DNA from: a virus
Length of the DNA stretch: 64,000 bases
Virus record (IMG/VR): IMGVR_UViG_3300012206_000001
Location: 4,884-68,883 of that record
Strand: one strand, 5' to 3'
Every line of letters begins with the position of its first letter. Position 1 is the first letter of the stretch. Below, piece after piece: positions 1 to 10,492 of the stretch. The translations under genes were made by a program, and so were the position numbers. The notes below the pieces were generated by a model. That model was not told where the DNA came from, made no database searches, and saw only the letters and a program-made list of their open reading frames with translations.

Positions 1-784
1 CGGGCACCTGCCCTCCCGGCGCCGGACCTCCCGCTCGACCATCGCGCGTATCCACTCGCTGGCGGACGCCTTCCCGTCACGGGCGGCTACGTGCTTCGCG
101 GCCCGGGCCAGGTCTGCCGGGAACCGGATGTTCACCGGCTCGCCCAGCTTCGGCGGCGGGATGTCAGCCACAGCCGGCCTCCCCGGGCAGGACGCCAGCG
201 ACGGTCCCGGTGACGCTGGCCAGGGTGCACTGCCGACACAGCGGGTCGCCGTCCCGGGCCTCCGCCGGCACCCACAGCTCGTCAGCGCCCATCAGCAGGC
301 CGCACAGGGTCTGCCCTACGGTCGGCTCGCCTGCACCGTCCTGGCCGGGACCTGACGCCGGATCGCGGCGGTGCAGGGCGGTCAGGGCGTACCGGGCCGG
401 GGCCACCCAGGTGCTCATCCGGACTCCAGCTGGCTACCGCAGGTAACGCACAGGAACGCCACGATCCCGCCCGCGGCCGATTCGACAGGAACCGTCTCGG
501 TGTGCCTGCACAGGCCCTTGACGTACCGCCGCTCCCGGTCGCCGATCGCCGTGACCTCGTGCCAGTCCCATCGCGGATCCGGGAACTCAGCGGTCACAGC
601 TGCCCCCCGATGATGTCCACGTCGGCCAGCAGCGCCGAGGCCCGGGCCGGCGGCCGCGCCTCGTCCTGCCCGGCCAGGAGCCCGTCGAGCAGGTCCAGGT
701 CCTGCTGCCGGAAATGCCCGTAGCCGCGTTCGATGGCGGGCAGCTCCCAGTTCAGGGGCTTGCGGCCGTTCAGCCAGGTGCCGT

Positions 785-1282
785 TCACGCGGCACTCTCC
801 GGGTTCAGCGGAGGTGGCCAGCTTGCTGCCTGGCAGATGCAAGAAGGCCAAGGCTGCGGCGACGTGAACGGGATATTGCCGGCCCATTTCCAGTGGCCCA
901 GCCGCTTGCCGAAGACCATGGCTTTTATCCCGTGGCGATCGTAATTCCACCACTGAAGGGCCACGGTGGCATCTGGCTTGGTCAGCCATGTCATGGACAT
1001 GCGGGACAGTAGCTCATCGATTCTGGCGATGCGCGCCGCGTGGTCCTCTTCCGGCGCGCAGTCCAGATGTGACACCGGTTTAACTTCGACATACCAGGTC
1101 GGAGACTCAGGCTCGGCGCTGTACCGGAAATCCGGCAGCCATTGGCCGCCTGGGCCGGCGAAGACTATGGGCTCGTACTCCCACTTCCAGCCGCGCTGGT
1201 CCAGCCAGGATGCATAGTCCGCTTCGAGCCGCGAGCGCATGACAACGCCTGCATATGCCGTTTTGCGTGCACGGATTGCCAT
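785..1282 (-). CDS. PD-(D/E)XK-family nuclease
   Basis: MRSRLEA..WEYEP...WLPDF...YVEVKP motif; start trimmed to ATG 1282. Confidence 0.75.
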   Translation of the reverse strand: MAIRARKTAYAGVVMRSRLEADYASWLDQRGWKWEYEPIVFAGPGGQWLPDFRYSAEPESPTWYVEVKPVSHLDCAPEEDHAARIARIDELLSRMSMTWLTKPDATVALQWWNYDRHGIKAMVFGKRLGHWKWAGNIPFTSPQPWPSCICQAASWPPPLNPESAA

Positions 1283-1590
1283 CACGCTGCGCCTCCTTCG
1301 TGCCGGTGCTCGAGCAGTTCCCGCGCCGCCGCGGCGCCGCGCTTCTCCGTGCCGGGTTCGGGGTAGTCGCGGCGCAGCGGGCTGGCCGCGGCCCGTTTCA
1401 GGTCCCACGGGGACCCGTCCGGGGTGCGCATCAGCCGGATGGTCTCGGCCAGGGTGCGGTCCCAGGTCCACCCGGCCTGCCGGGCGGCGAGCAGGGCGCC
1501 GGCGAGGATGTCGCGGTCCCAGGCGGGACGCATGGCGGCGGCGAGGTCGGCGAGCTCGCCCGGGGCGGCCTGGATCTCGGGTTCGGTCAT
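1282..1590 (-). CDS. hypothetical phage protein
   Basis: Stop/start overlaps with both neighbours; high GC3. Confidence 0.6.
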   Translation of the reverse strand: MTEPEIQAAPGELADLAAAMRPAWDRDILAGALLAARQAGWTWDRTLAETIRLMRTPDGSPWDLKRAAASPLRRDYPEPGTEKRGAAAARELLEHRHEGGAA

Positions 1591-2084
1591 GATGCTTTCG
1601 CCTCTCGGTACATGTGCTTCAGGCGCCGCGCGGCCCAGCCGGCGCAGATGTCAGCCGGGGTCCCGTCAGCCTTGTACGGCTTCCCGTCGTGCAGCGGCGG
1701 GTCGTAGTCGGCGGGATGGCCGGGTACCTCCGCGCCGGACGGGTGGACCCACTTCACGGGGTGCCGGATGCCCTGGTGGCAGGCGAACATGTCGCCCGCC
1801 GCCACCATCGCGTCGAGCGATTCCGGGTCGCCCTGGTAGCCGTCCTCGCCGCGCCGCTCGGGCGAGCCCGGCCGGTAGGCGCAGTCGGCGCACATCCTGG
1901 CGCGCAGGCCCATCTCGCCGGGCGTGAGCGGCTGCTGCGCGAGGTCGTAGACGGGTTCCCAGCAGGTGCAGCGATACGGGCCGTAGACGACCGCGCCCCA
2001 GCAGCACAAGCCGCCGCCCGCGTCGGGCAGGTCGGGCGGCTGGGTGTCGCATCCGGGGATGGTCCGGCCGAAGTTCACGGTCAC
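1587..2084 (-). CDS. Cys-rich hypothetical phage protein
   Basis: MCADCAYRPGSPE...FACHQG...CAGW; coupled overlaps. Confidence 0.6.
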   Translation of the reverse strand: MTVNFGRTIPGCDTQPPDLPDAGGGLCCWGAVVYGPYRCTCWEPVYDLAQQPLTPGEMGLRARMCADCAYRPGSPERRGEDGYQGDPESLDAMVAAGDMFACHQGIRHPVKWVHPSGAEVPGHPADYDPPLHDGKPYKADGTPADICAGWAARRLKHMYREAKAS

Positions 2085-2371
2085 AGCGGGCAGTTCTCCT
2101 TCGCGTGGCCGCGGTGGCCGCATCGTTCGCAGATGCGGAGCCGCCTGCCGATCCGGCCGGCCCTGTATGCGGGTGCCCGGTTGTCGGCGATGGCCAGGTG
2201 CCTGGCGTAGATGACGGCGGCGTCGGAGGCGACGAAGCTGGTACAGGGCCCGCCGAGCGCGGCGAACAGGGCCAGGTCGCCCTCATCGGTTCCGGCGGCG
2301 TGCTGGTGGGCGCGCCCGGGCTGGCCGCAGCGTCCGCATGCCTCGATGGCCTGCTGTCTCGCGGCGTCCAT
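2081..2371 (-). CDS. small zinc-finger protein
   Basis: CGRC and CERCGHRGH..C knuckles; coupled overlaps. Confidence 0.55.
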   Translation of the reverse strand: MDAARQQAIEACGRCGQPGRAHQHAAGTDEGDLALFAALGGPCTSFVASDAAVIYARHLAIADNRAPAYRAGRIGRRLRICERCGHRGHAKENCPL

Positions 2372-2709
2372 CACGACGCCTCGATGGCCAGCGTGTCGCC
2401 GGACATGGCGGCCCGGCGGTGGCACGTGCAGCTGCACCAGCTCCACACGCAGTCGCGGCAGTTCCGCCCGCGGCACGCGTCGCTGTGCGGCAGGGCGCCC
2501 GCGTTCTTCCGGTCGACCAGTACGCGGATATCCGATGCGGCGACGAACGGGCGTGACCTGGCTATCTCGGCTACGGCGGCGCGGCAGCTGGCGAGGTCCA
2601 GGTCGCCGAGCAGGTCATGCCACGCGTCGGGGGTGCGGCTGTCGATCTTCTGCTGCGGGCAGCAGGCCGCGATGTAACGGACGAGGATAACAGTTTCCGC
2701 TGGCGTCAT
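2371..2709 (-). CDS. replicative helicase loader/inhibitor-like protein
   Basis: MTPAET...DAWHDLLGDL...AV..IAR..PF....DI; directly downstream of the replication initiator. Confidence 0.6.
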   Translation of the reverse strand: MTPAETVILVRYIAACCPQQKIDSRTPDAWHDLLGDLDLASCRAAVAEIARSRPFVAASDIRVLVDRKNAGALPHSDACRGRNCRDCVWSWCSCTCHRRAAMSGDTLAIEAS

Positions 2710-3593
2710 TTCCTGCCTTCTTTCGCAATGGCGCGTTTCATCGCCGCGCCGAATAGCTCGTCCGTTTCCGCCTGGCGGCTGCTTCCCGGCTTGCGGCTTG
2801 CCTGAAGGCGCAGCTGATCGTATTTCTCGCGCAATTTCGGCATCGACAGGATGTTGGACCGCCAGAATTCGCTGTCCTGGCACCAGTCAATTGCTGTAGT
2901 TACCTGCTGCTCGGTGCGGCCGTCACGGTCGAGCATCAGCCGGGCTGAATCGCGCCAGCGTTTCGTGATTGCCGGCCGTTTGGAGCCGTTGGCTTCGATG
3001 CGGTCGGCGAGGTGGGCGCAGAGGCGCTCGACGTCGGCTCGCGCCGGTTTCGCCGGCACGTCTTTAACCTGTACCTCATCTATACCTGTACTGGTTATAA
3101 ACACGTCTGAAGTCTCAAACCCCGCAGGATCTGCGGGGTTTCCGGGGCTTGCACGCTCTGAGCTGCCGTTATAACTCTCAAAGGGTGCAGATCCTGCGGG
3201 GTTTGGAGGGTCGGCGAAACCCCGCAGATCCTGCGGGGTTTCGGTAAACCCCGCAGGATCTGCGGGGTTACTCGCCGGTATGGGTGCAGATCCTGCGGGG
3301 TTTCCGGGCTCAAACCCCGCAGGATCTGCGGGGTTTACCATGGTCGCCCGGTACCGCGTCCGGCGCCCCCGGCCGCCGCCGTGGCATGCCTCCAGCTCAC
3401 CGAAGCCGACGAGTTCCTTCACGGCAGTCTGCACCGTGCGCTCCCCCAGACGGCATTTAGAAGCCAATTCCAAAGCGCTCATCTCAGCCTCTCCGCCCTT
3501 GTCTGCCTTGTGCGCGATGGCCAGCAGGACGATGAGGGAGCCATTGACAGCGCGCGAATGCTTCCACACCCAGTCGATGACATTTTGCGCCAC
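2706..3593 (-). CDS. phage replication initiator (lambda O-like architecture)
   Basis: N-terminal wHTH, central repeat linker, C-terminal FWRSNILSMPKLREKYDQL motif. Confidence 0.8.
   Translation of the reverse strand: MAQNVIDWVWKHSRAVNGSLIVLLAIAHKADKGGEAEMSALELASKCRLGERTVQTAVKELVGFGELEACHGGGRGRRTRYRATMVNPADPAGFEPGNPAGSAPIPASNPADPAGFTETPQDLRGFADPPNPAGSAPFESYNGSSERASPGNPADPAGFETSDVFITSTGIDEVQVKDVPAKPARADVERLCAHLADRIEANGSKRPAITKRWRDSARLMLDRDGRTEQQVTTAIDWCQDSEFWRSNILSMPKLREKYDQLRLQASRKPGSSRQAETDELFGAAMKRAIAKEGRK
3117..3336. repeat. six palindromic iterons, candidate replication origin
   Basis: AAACCCCGCAG-GAT/ATC-CTGCGGGGTTT and GGGTGCAGATCCTGCGGGGTTT copies near 3117, 3183, 3217, 3247, 3283, 3312. 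Confidence 0.8.
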
Positions 3594-4016
3594 TCCTCAT
3601 TCCTGTCTCCTCGGCCGGCCAGTAATCCAGGGCGGCATGCGTTGTGCGCGGCATGCCAGCGCGCCCGTCCTACGCCGCGCCGCCGCCGGGGGGCGGCCTG
3701 CGGATCATGCCAGGCCCGGGCTGCCTGGCCGCGGGCCTGACCCGCGCCCGCCGCCTGGCCGCGCCGTGCGCGCCCTGCGCGGCTTTCACCCGCTGGCGCC
3801 ACTGCTGGCCGGTGGTGCCGGCGGGGGGCGCGTCGTCCGTGGGCGCGCCTCCCGCCGGGTCTCTGGGCGGGCACCCCCGGGCCGCTCCAGGCGGGGGGGA
3901 TAGTCCTGGAGCGGTACCCGGGGGCTGGCTCCTCCTCGGCGCGGGGAGCGGGGGAGCTTGCGCCGGGGAGGAGGGAATCCCCTCGTCAGGGGAAAGTTCA
4001 GATGCCGGCCTCGTGC

Positions 4017-4649
4017 TCATGCGACAGCCTCCGCCCCGCTCTGGCTCACGCGTCGTGAAGCCTCGGCCAGCACGAGTGCCGTGACCCAGGAATGAAGGTC
4101 GGTATCGTCCTCTACGGAAAGGCGCAGGGCGATTTCGGCCACATCGCGCGGCATCTTGATGCGAACCGATTCATTCTGCTTGCGCTTCTGCCTATCCTTA
4201 TCCTGCTGGCAGGCCCTGCATTGACGGTGGCCCTTAGGCGTTACCAGGGTATTCTTGTCATCGTACGGATGCTGCTTCGGGCAGTGGGTCTTGCGCAGGT
4301 TTACTGCCACGAAGTTATTTCCCCGCCGGGTATTCTCTGCATTCGTGACGGGTTCCAGATGCCCAGGCCAGCAGCATGCTCTGGATACGCAGCCCCAGGC
4401 CTCCACGTGGTCGAGCTGCAGCTTGTCCGGGACGGACTCCGCGAGGAGCGTATAGACAAGCCGGTGAATGCGCCACAATCTTCCGTGCCAGCGAAAGAAG
4501 CCGTAGCCCCTCTTAGGGCAGCGATATCCCTGCCAGTCCCAGCAGCCTGTAACCGGGTTGACGGTTATTTTCGCGGCTATGTTTGCCGGAAGGTCGGTTA
4601 CGTGAAATTCGCGAGGCGGCCGGGTTCCTGCCGGAGGGGAGGTGCTCAA
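4017..4649 (-). CDS. HNH endonuclease
   Basis: GCWDWQG...GYG..HRLVY...LDH...HLEPVTNAENTRRG...THCPKQH; lower GC than neighbours. Confidence 0.85.
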   Translation of the reverse strand: MSTSPPAGTRPPREFHVTDLPANIAAKITVNPVTGCWDWQGYRCPKRGYGFFRWHGRLWRIHRLVYTLLAESVPDKLQLDHVEAWGCVSRACCWPGHLEPVTNAENTRRGNNFVAVNLRKTHCPKQHPYDDKNTLVTPKGHRQCRACQQDKDRQKRKQNESVRIKMPRDVAEIALRLSVEDDTDLHSWVTALVLAEASRRVSQSGAEAVA

Positions 4650-6019
4650 TGTCCTGCTCCCTTCTGCTTGCTGCCCGGCCAGGCGGGCTCACCCGGGCCG
4701 TAGCGGCACAGCAGCTCGTTCCACGCCACGGTTTCCCCCCAGGTCAGCGGGGTGCCGTCGCGGGGCAGCCCGGCCGGGGTGCGGGTCCGCCGCGGCAGGG
4801 GCCGGCGGGCACGCCGCAGGCCGCGCAGGCCGCGGAGCGCCCGGGGCAGCGCCCAGGCGAGGATCCCGGCGCAGCAGGCCACGGTGACGGCGAAAGCCCA
4901 TTCTGGGAGGGTCATTCCCGGCCTCCCTCGTCGTGGCTGCCGTCCTGGTGCCTGGCGAGGATGGCGAGGCGGGCGAGCAGGTTCAGGGCCAGGGCGAACC
5001 CGGCGGTGAGGCCGGCGGCGAAGAACCCTGCGGCGAGGCCTATGAGGGCGGTCACGGCCGCCTCCGCCTGTTCAGCCAGGTTTCCGCCCGGTCCGCTATC
5101 CAGCCGATGCCGGTCGCGGCGGTGAGCAGGAGCACCAGGGTGACGGCGACGACGGCCCAGAACGCCAGGTCGGGCGTCACGGGGCATCGCCGGCTTTTGC
5201 GTCTAGCGGCGGGCATCCGGGGCAGCGCCATTTGTCGCCGTCGCTGGTCCAGCCGATTTCCTCTGTGCTGGTCTCGGCCAGGTCCCGGGTTTGCCAGGCG
5301 GTGAACTCGTCGTAGTCGGCGCGCTCGCCGCAGCCGTCGCAGACGGCGAACCAGTACGGCTCGCTCTTAATCGGCATGGTGCCTCGTCTCGGTGCCGGGG
5401 GTCATGAGGGCCGTCCCCGGGCCGCGTAGGCGGGTTCGGGTGCCTGCTGTTTCCATCCGGACTGGATGGTGCGGAGGTCCCGCGCCTCATCGGGAGTCAG
5501 GAGTTCCCCGTCGGCGGGTGCCTTGCGGTGCAGCAGGCAGCGGATCCGGAAGCGGGCCCGGCAGATCAGCTCAGCCATCACGTGCCTCACCCTCGCGCGT
5601 GAGCCATCCGGCCAGCCCCGCGACGGCCCGGTCCTGCTGCTGCTGCGCTTCCCAGCACGCGGAGACGAGCAGCAGGGCGAGTTCCCCGGCCTGGGACAGG
5701 GTGAGCCGCCAGGTCATGCCCGGGCAGCCGACTGTGACCGTGTCGTGGTCGATGCCGATTCTCAGCGGCAGCTCGGCGATCCCGTCGTCGACCTGGCCGA
5801 TGGTGCGCACGCGCGGGTCACCCATCGCCGCCGCCTCCGTCCTGCTCGCGCCCGGCAGGCAGGGTCATGTGCTCGCGCGCCCCGGCCAGCATCACGTCGC
5901 CGTAGGCACTGCCCAGCTTGTACGCGAGCTCGGCTTTCCCGTCCTCGGTCAGCTGCGCGTCCTCGATGCTGCTCAGGCCCATCATGATGAGGCCGATCTC
6001 GGTCTGGTCGACGTTGAGT

Positions 6020-7270
6020 TCAGGCATCGCTGCCGCCGCCCTGCTCGCGCCCGTTCATGTATTCGATGAGCTTGCTGCGGTCGCCGCCGAACCCGCCGAG
6101 GGTGTCAGTGAGCTTGCGGGCCTCGGTGAAGGACAGGTCCTTGCTGGAGGTGAGCGCCCGCCCGGTGATGGTCTCGGCGATCTTGAGTTTCTGGTCGCGG
6201 TCTTTCTCGCCGAATCCGAGGCCGCCGAGGGTGATGTGCAGGCTGGTGAGCTGGTCGCCGCTGGCCGACCCGGGCTGGTCTTCGGCGGGGACTTCTAGTT
6301 TTGCCCCCTCATCTGAGGGGGATCCCGCGGGCGCGGCAGGACCGCTGGCCGGCGTTTCGTCCGGTACCGCGCCCGCGGGACGTTCAGGGGCGGGCCGGCG
6401 CGTGCGCGGCTTCCGCGCTCCGGCGGGTTCTTGTCCTGCCCCCTCATCTGAGGGCGTTTCCGCTGCCGGGTCGTCGACGATCTCGGCCTCGACGATCTCG
6501 TGCGCGGGCAGGGGGCCCATCGGCGGAGGCGGCAGGTACGTGAAGCCGGCCTCTGCGTGCGTCACCGAGCCCGCCGAGGCCGGGGCCATGTGGTTCACCG
6601 TGCGATACTCGGCCGAGGTCGGCACGTACGGCTCCAGCGCCCGCAGCACGGTCTTCTTGAACATGGCGGGTTCCCACTGCTGCCAGGGTGAGTCGGACCG
6701 GTCTGAGCCGCGTGAGGCCTTCTTGTGCTCCATGATCTCGGCGCGGCCCATCCGCACGACCTGGGAGCACTGGCCGGACGCGAGGATGGCGTAGGCGTAC
6801 GCGCCGCGTATCGGGCCGCGGCCGGCCTCGGGGGCGAAGTCGTCGTACTCGTGCAGCGGCGGGGTGTTCTCCCCGCGCGGGACGTACCGGTCGGCCTTGC
6901 GGACGACCTGGGCGACGACGGAGGAGACGCCGCCGGCGCGGAACATCCGCTCGATGATGCCCTTGTAGCCCTCGATGCCGGTGACCTCATTGCCGAAGGG
7001 GACGAGGTAGTAGTCGTCGGTATCGGGTTCGTGGCCGAGGCGGGCGCACTCGAGGAGGGCGTACAGCAGGGACTGGGGGCTGGCGATGGCGGCGGCGGCG
7101 AGCTTGTCGTCGCGGCGGAGCGCGCCCTGGGTGACGCGGATGATGGCGGAGGGCTTGACGTGGGTGGCGGCGGCCATGGCGATGTCGTCCTGCTGGCGGC
7201 GAAGCCAGGTGACGAGCTGGTCGGCCTTGTCGCGCCTGGCGACAGCGCCGGTGACGGTCTGTGCGGTCAT
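6020..7270 (-). CDS. recT: RecT single-strand annealing protein
   Basis: YYLVPF..GYKGIIE..FRAG, SPWQQWEPAMFKKTVLR; adjacent to YqaJ. Confidence 0.9.
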   Translation of the reverse strand: MTAQTVTGAVARRDKADQLVTWLRRQQDDIAMAAATHVKPSAIIRVTQGALRRDDKLAAAAIASPQSLLYALLECARLGHEPDTDDYYLVPFGNEVTGIEGYKGIIERMFRAGGVSSVVAQVVRKADRYVPRGENTPPLHEYDDFAPEAGRGPIRGAYAYAILASGQCSQVVRMGRAEIMEHKKASRGSDRSDSPWQQWEPAMFKKTVLRALEPYVPTSAEYRTVNHMAPASAGSVTHAEAGFTYLPPPPMGPLPAHEIVEAEIVDDPAAETPSDEGAGQEPAGARKPRTRRPAPERPAGAVPDETPASGPAAPAGSPSDEGAKLEVPAEDQPGSASGDQLTSLHITLGGLGFGEKDRDQKLKIAETITGRALTSSKDLSFTEARKLTDTLGGFGGDRSKLIEYMNGREQGGGSDA

Positions 7271-8376
7271 GCGGTGTCCTTCTTGGTCTTGGCGGGGAGC
7301 AGCTTGGTGACGTCCTTCGTGACCGTGCACGCGGCTGCGGCCTCCGGGTAGCCGGCGCGGAGGGCGGTGGTGCTGATGCGCTGATTCGGGTAGACGCTGC
7401 GGGTGGCGACGACCTCGTCCGTGCCTGCCTCGACGGCGCGGCGGCCGGTGCCGATCGCGGCGAGCATCCGGTTGGTCATCAGTTCCTTGCGCTGCCCGGC
7501 TTGCGCGGCGCGGCGGACGGCCGCGCGGTAGGAGATGGCGAGCCTGCGGCCGACGGTGACGTCGCGCTGCTCGATGCCGGGGTGCAGGTGCTTCAGCGCG
7601 GCGGTGGTCTGCGGACGCCAGTCCACGTCGGGTGCGCGGCCGTCCCTGATGTCATCGCAGAAGCATTCGGCTGTGTCCCGCATGATCTTGAGGTCGGCTT
7701 CCGCGTCGGCGTCCATGGCCAGCTCGTAGACGCGGAGCTTCCAGGACCGCATCATCAGGCAGGCGACGTAGGCGCTGGTGACGCCGAGGACGTCCATCTG
7801 CCACAGGACCTGGCACCGGTAGTGGACGGGGATCTGGCCGGTGCTGTCGTCGCCCCACTGGTCGTCGCCGCCCGCGTCGGTCTTGGTCTCCAGCACGGCG
7901 ATGAGGCCAGGCCCGGTCTGGCTGGGGCAGGTCGGGCATTGCTCGCAGCACGGCCCGCAGTCGTTTGTGTCGCAGCACGGGGCCATGCCGCTCTCATTGC
8001 CGTACCCGGGCTTGTGGAACTCGCAGCACTGGTAGTCCGCGAGGACCGTATTGTCCCCGATCAGCCGGTCGGGGGTCGCCATCTGCCACGGGCGGTCCGG
8101 GTGCCGGTACAGCCTGCGCCCATCGCCGGTCAGGGCGAACTCCGGGTGCAGGCGGCCGAACCGGTCCGCGATGTAGGGCTCGAGGACGCGGCCGCGTTCC
8201 ATCGCGTCAGTGTCCTCGACGTCGGGCAGCTCGCCGCGCTTGCGGTGGTAGAGCGCGTACGGCGAGTCGTACGGGGACAGGCCCATCACGACGGCGATCT
8301 CGCTGGCCGTGACGCCGTGCCGCCTGGCCTCGAGCCACTCGGCCTCGCTGCCGGTCTCGATCAGGACGGCGGTCAC
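7267..8376 (-). CDS. YqaJ-like viral recombinase exonuclease
   Basis: EWLEARRHGVTASEIA..G.SPY, ATPDR, LETKT, YRCQVLWQMDV. Confidence 0.9.
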   Translation of the reverse strand: MTAVLIETGSEAEWLEARRHGVTASEIAVVMGLSPYDSPYALYHRKRGELPDVEDTDAMERGRVLEPYIADRFGRLHPEFALTGDGRRLYRHPDRPWQMATPDRLIGDNTVLADYQCCEFHKPGYGNESGMAPCCDTNDCGPCCEQCPTCPSQTGPGLIAVLETKTDAGGDDQWGDDSTGQIPVHYRCQVLWQMDVLGVTSAYVACLMMRSWKLRVYELAMDADAEADLKIMRDTAECFCDDIRDGRAPDVDWRPQTTAALKHLHPGIEQRDVTVGRRLAISYRAAVRRAAQAGQRKELMTNRMLAAIGTGRRAVEAGTDEVVATRSVYPNQRISTTALRAGYPEAAAACTVTKDVTKLLPAKTKKDTA

Positions 8377-8755
8377 CGGCCTGCCTCCTGGATGGCCTTG
8401 TCGCAGGCCCTGATGGCCTGCAGGTGCGCCCGGCGGGCCGCGGCGGCCTGCTCCCGCCACTGCCGCATGTGCTCGCAGTCGGGCATGGCGCGGGCGATCG
8501 TGTCGTATGCCTGCCAGGCCGCCTTGCGGGCGGCCTCGAGCCCGGCGAGGGCGGCCAGCGCCCTGGCGCGCTCGATCTCGGCGTTCAGCGCGCGGTGCCG
8601 CTCGCGTGCCGCCAGCACCTCCGGCGGTTCCAGCTCGCCTCCCCCGTATACGTACGGCTTGAACGGCGCCGCGTCGCTGGCCCGCGCCATGGCGGACCTG
8701 TTGTCCTCACCGCCGGCAAGCAGCGGCTGATCCTGGTAGCGGTGCGGCAGGCCGG

Positions 8756-9007
8756 TCATGGCTGCCTCGCGGGGTGCGGGTGGATCCATCCGGCGCCGGG
8801 GATGTGCCGCCAGTCCATGGGGCAGGCGAGTGTCTGCGTGAGCGTGGCGGCGGCCTGCTGGGTGCACGTGCACCGGGCGGGTTCGCCGGGCCAGGGTGCC
8901 TGCGGCGGCTGCCAGGGCATGTCGGCGAGCTCCCGGTACCATTCCCACCCGGGGCTGGCGTCCGGCATGACGTCCTCGAACGCGCGGTCCTGGTGCAGCG
9001 CGGTCAT
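8756..9007 (-). CDS. small hypothetical protein (paralog of 9004-9204)
   Basis: WPGEPARCTCT...GWIH; coupled overlaps. Confidence 0.5.
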   Translation of the reverse strand: MTALHQDRAFEDVMPDASPGWEWYRELADMPWQPPQAPWPGEPARCTCTQQAAATLTQTLACPMDWRHIPGAGWIHPHPARQP

Positions 9008-9204
9008 CGCGCACCTGCCCCGGCCAGGGCCGGCACCTGACGGCGGCGGCGCCCGGTGAGGACGTGAACCCAGCCGATGCCAGGCACGTACCCCCACCGC
9101 TCCGGGCAGCCGAGCGTCTCCTTGATCGTGGCCACGACCATCCGGGTGCACGTGCAGGTCTCCGGCTCGCCCGGCCAGGCTGGCCAGCGTCCTGGGGCGG
9201 TCAC
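9004..9204 (-). CDS. small hypothetical protein
   Basis: WPGEPETCTCT...GWVH. Confidence 0.5.
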   Translation of the reverse strand: MTAPGRWPAWPGEPETCTCTRMVVATIKETLGCPERWGYVPGIGWVHVLTGRRRRQVPALAGAGAR

Positions 9205-9715
9205 GTCGGGCCTCCGCAGAGCAGGGCGGTGGCCTCGCGGCAGATCTCGCGGACGGTGGACCGGGCGGCGAGGGTGTCGCCGCGGCGGCGGGCGTGCTCG
9301 GCGTCGTCGATGCGGCCTTCGTGCCCGGCGGCCTCCAGGATGGCGACTTTGAGCCGCAGGTAGGTGAGGGCGGCGTGGAGGCGGGCGGCGGCGCGGTCCT
9401 CGGCGCCGGGCCGCTCGCCGGTGGTGACGGACACGACGGTCAGCTGCGGCGGCGGCGCGGGCCAGGGGTGCACGCCGGGGGGGGTGTAGCGGGGCTGGCC
9501 GCGGAGCCGGGCCAGCGGCTCGGTGTCCTGGCCGGAGGCGGCCGGGGCGGGCAGCTCGTACGTGGCGCCGTCCCAGGCGGGCTGCGGGACCCTCGCGATG
9601 ACCTCGGTGACGGCCTCGGTGTCGCGGAAGTCGCCGGTGAAGGCGGGGGCGGTGCGCAGCAGCCGGGATCCGGCGGGCTGCCGCGCCGCGGCCCTGCGGG
9701 GGCGCCAGCGGGCGC

Positions 9716-10003
9716 TCATCGCGGGTCTCCTTCCAGAAATTCGACCCACGAAGCAGCCATCGCGGCGACCTGGATCAGCTCCTTGACGAGCTCGTCGCGG
9801 CGTCCTTCGCCGACCCCGGGGCCGCCCTGGTCGTAGGTGAGCTCGTGGGCGACCTCGCCGACTTCCTCGACGAGGATGGCGAGCCGGTCGCCGCTGGAGT
9901 AGTGCGGGCTGAGCATTGAGTGCTCGCCGTGGCGCAGGTGCGCCCGGGTCGCCTCTGCCTGGATCGCGGTCAGGGTCAGGTCCGACAGCACTAGATCGCT
10001 CAT
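9716..10003 (-). CDS. MazG-like nucleotide pyrophosphohydrolase
   Basis: LVEEVGEVA...ELIQVAAMA motif. Confidence 0.75.
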   Translation of the reverse strand: MSDLVLSDLTLTAIQAEATRAHLRHGEHSMLSPHYSSGDRLAILVEEVGEVAHELTYDQGGPGVGEGRRDELVKELIQVAAMAASWVEFLEGDPR

Positions 10004-10398
10004 TCCGCCGCCTCGCCCTCTTCTGGTTCGGCGGGCAGCCGGACCCATTCGGTGACCTCGGTGACGGTGGTGCCTGTGACGCGCCTCTCGGCGACGGAGG
10101 CGGCCGGGGTCCTGATGGCGAGTGTCAGGGCGCCGGGCAGGGTGGCCGTGAGGACGTAGAGGCCGGATTCGTCGGGTTCGGGTTCGGGGGTGAAGGTGAC
10201 GCCGAGCGCGCTGGCGAGCGCGGTCTCGGCGTCCGCGAGGGCCTTCGGCGCCTGCGGGCCGACCGTGACGATGTAGAAGCTGGCGTACCCGGCACTGATG
10301 TACGGCAGGGGCAGGCCGGGGTGCGCTTCGACGGCGCCGAGGATGGCGCGGGCGGCGGCGAGCCACGCGGCGCGGGGCTCATGCTCCGGGGTGGTCAT
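10000..10398 (-). CDS. hypothetical phage protein
   Basis: RBS GAAAGGGA upstream; high GC3; coupled to MazG-like gene. Confidence 0.6.
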   Translation of the reverse strand: MTTPEHEPRAAWLAAARAILGAVEAHPGLPLPYISAGYASFYIVTVGPQAPKALADAETALASALGVTFTPEPEPDESGLYVLTATLPGALTLAIRTPAASVAERRVTGTTVTEVTEWVRLPAEPEEGEAAE

Positions 10399-10492
10399 TT
10401 GCGGTTGTCCCTTTCTGGCGGTTGTTATGCTGTGCTTCAGCGGTTTGTCCCGCTGCGCGCCCCTCCTGGTACCGGAGGGGCGCTTTTTCGTG

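Noticed and set aside
3117-3336. Palindromic repeats with spacers as a CRISPR array
   Set aside because: Spacers are short and irregular, repeats are in frame within the initiator gene, and no cas genes are present
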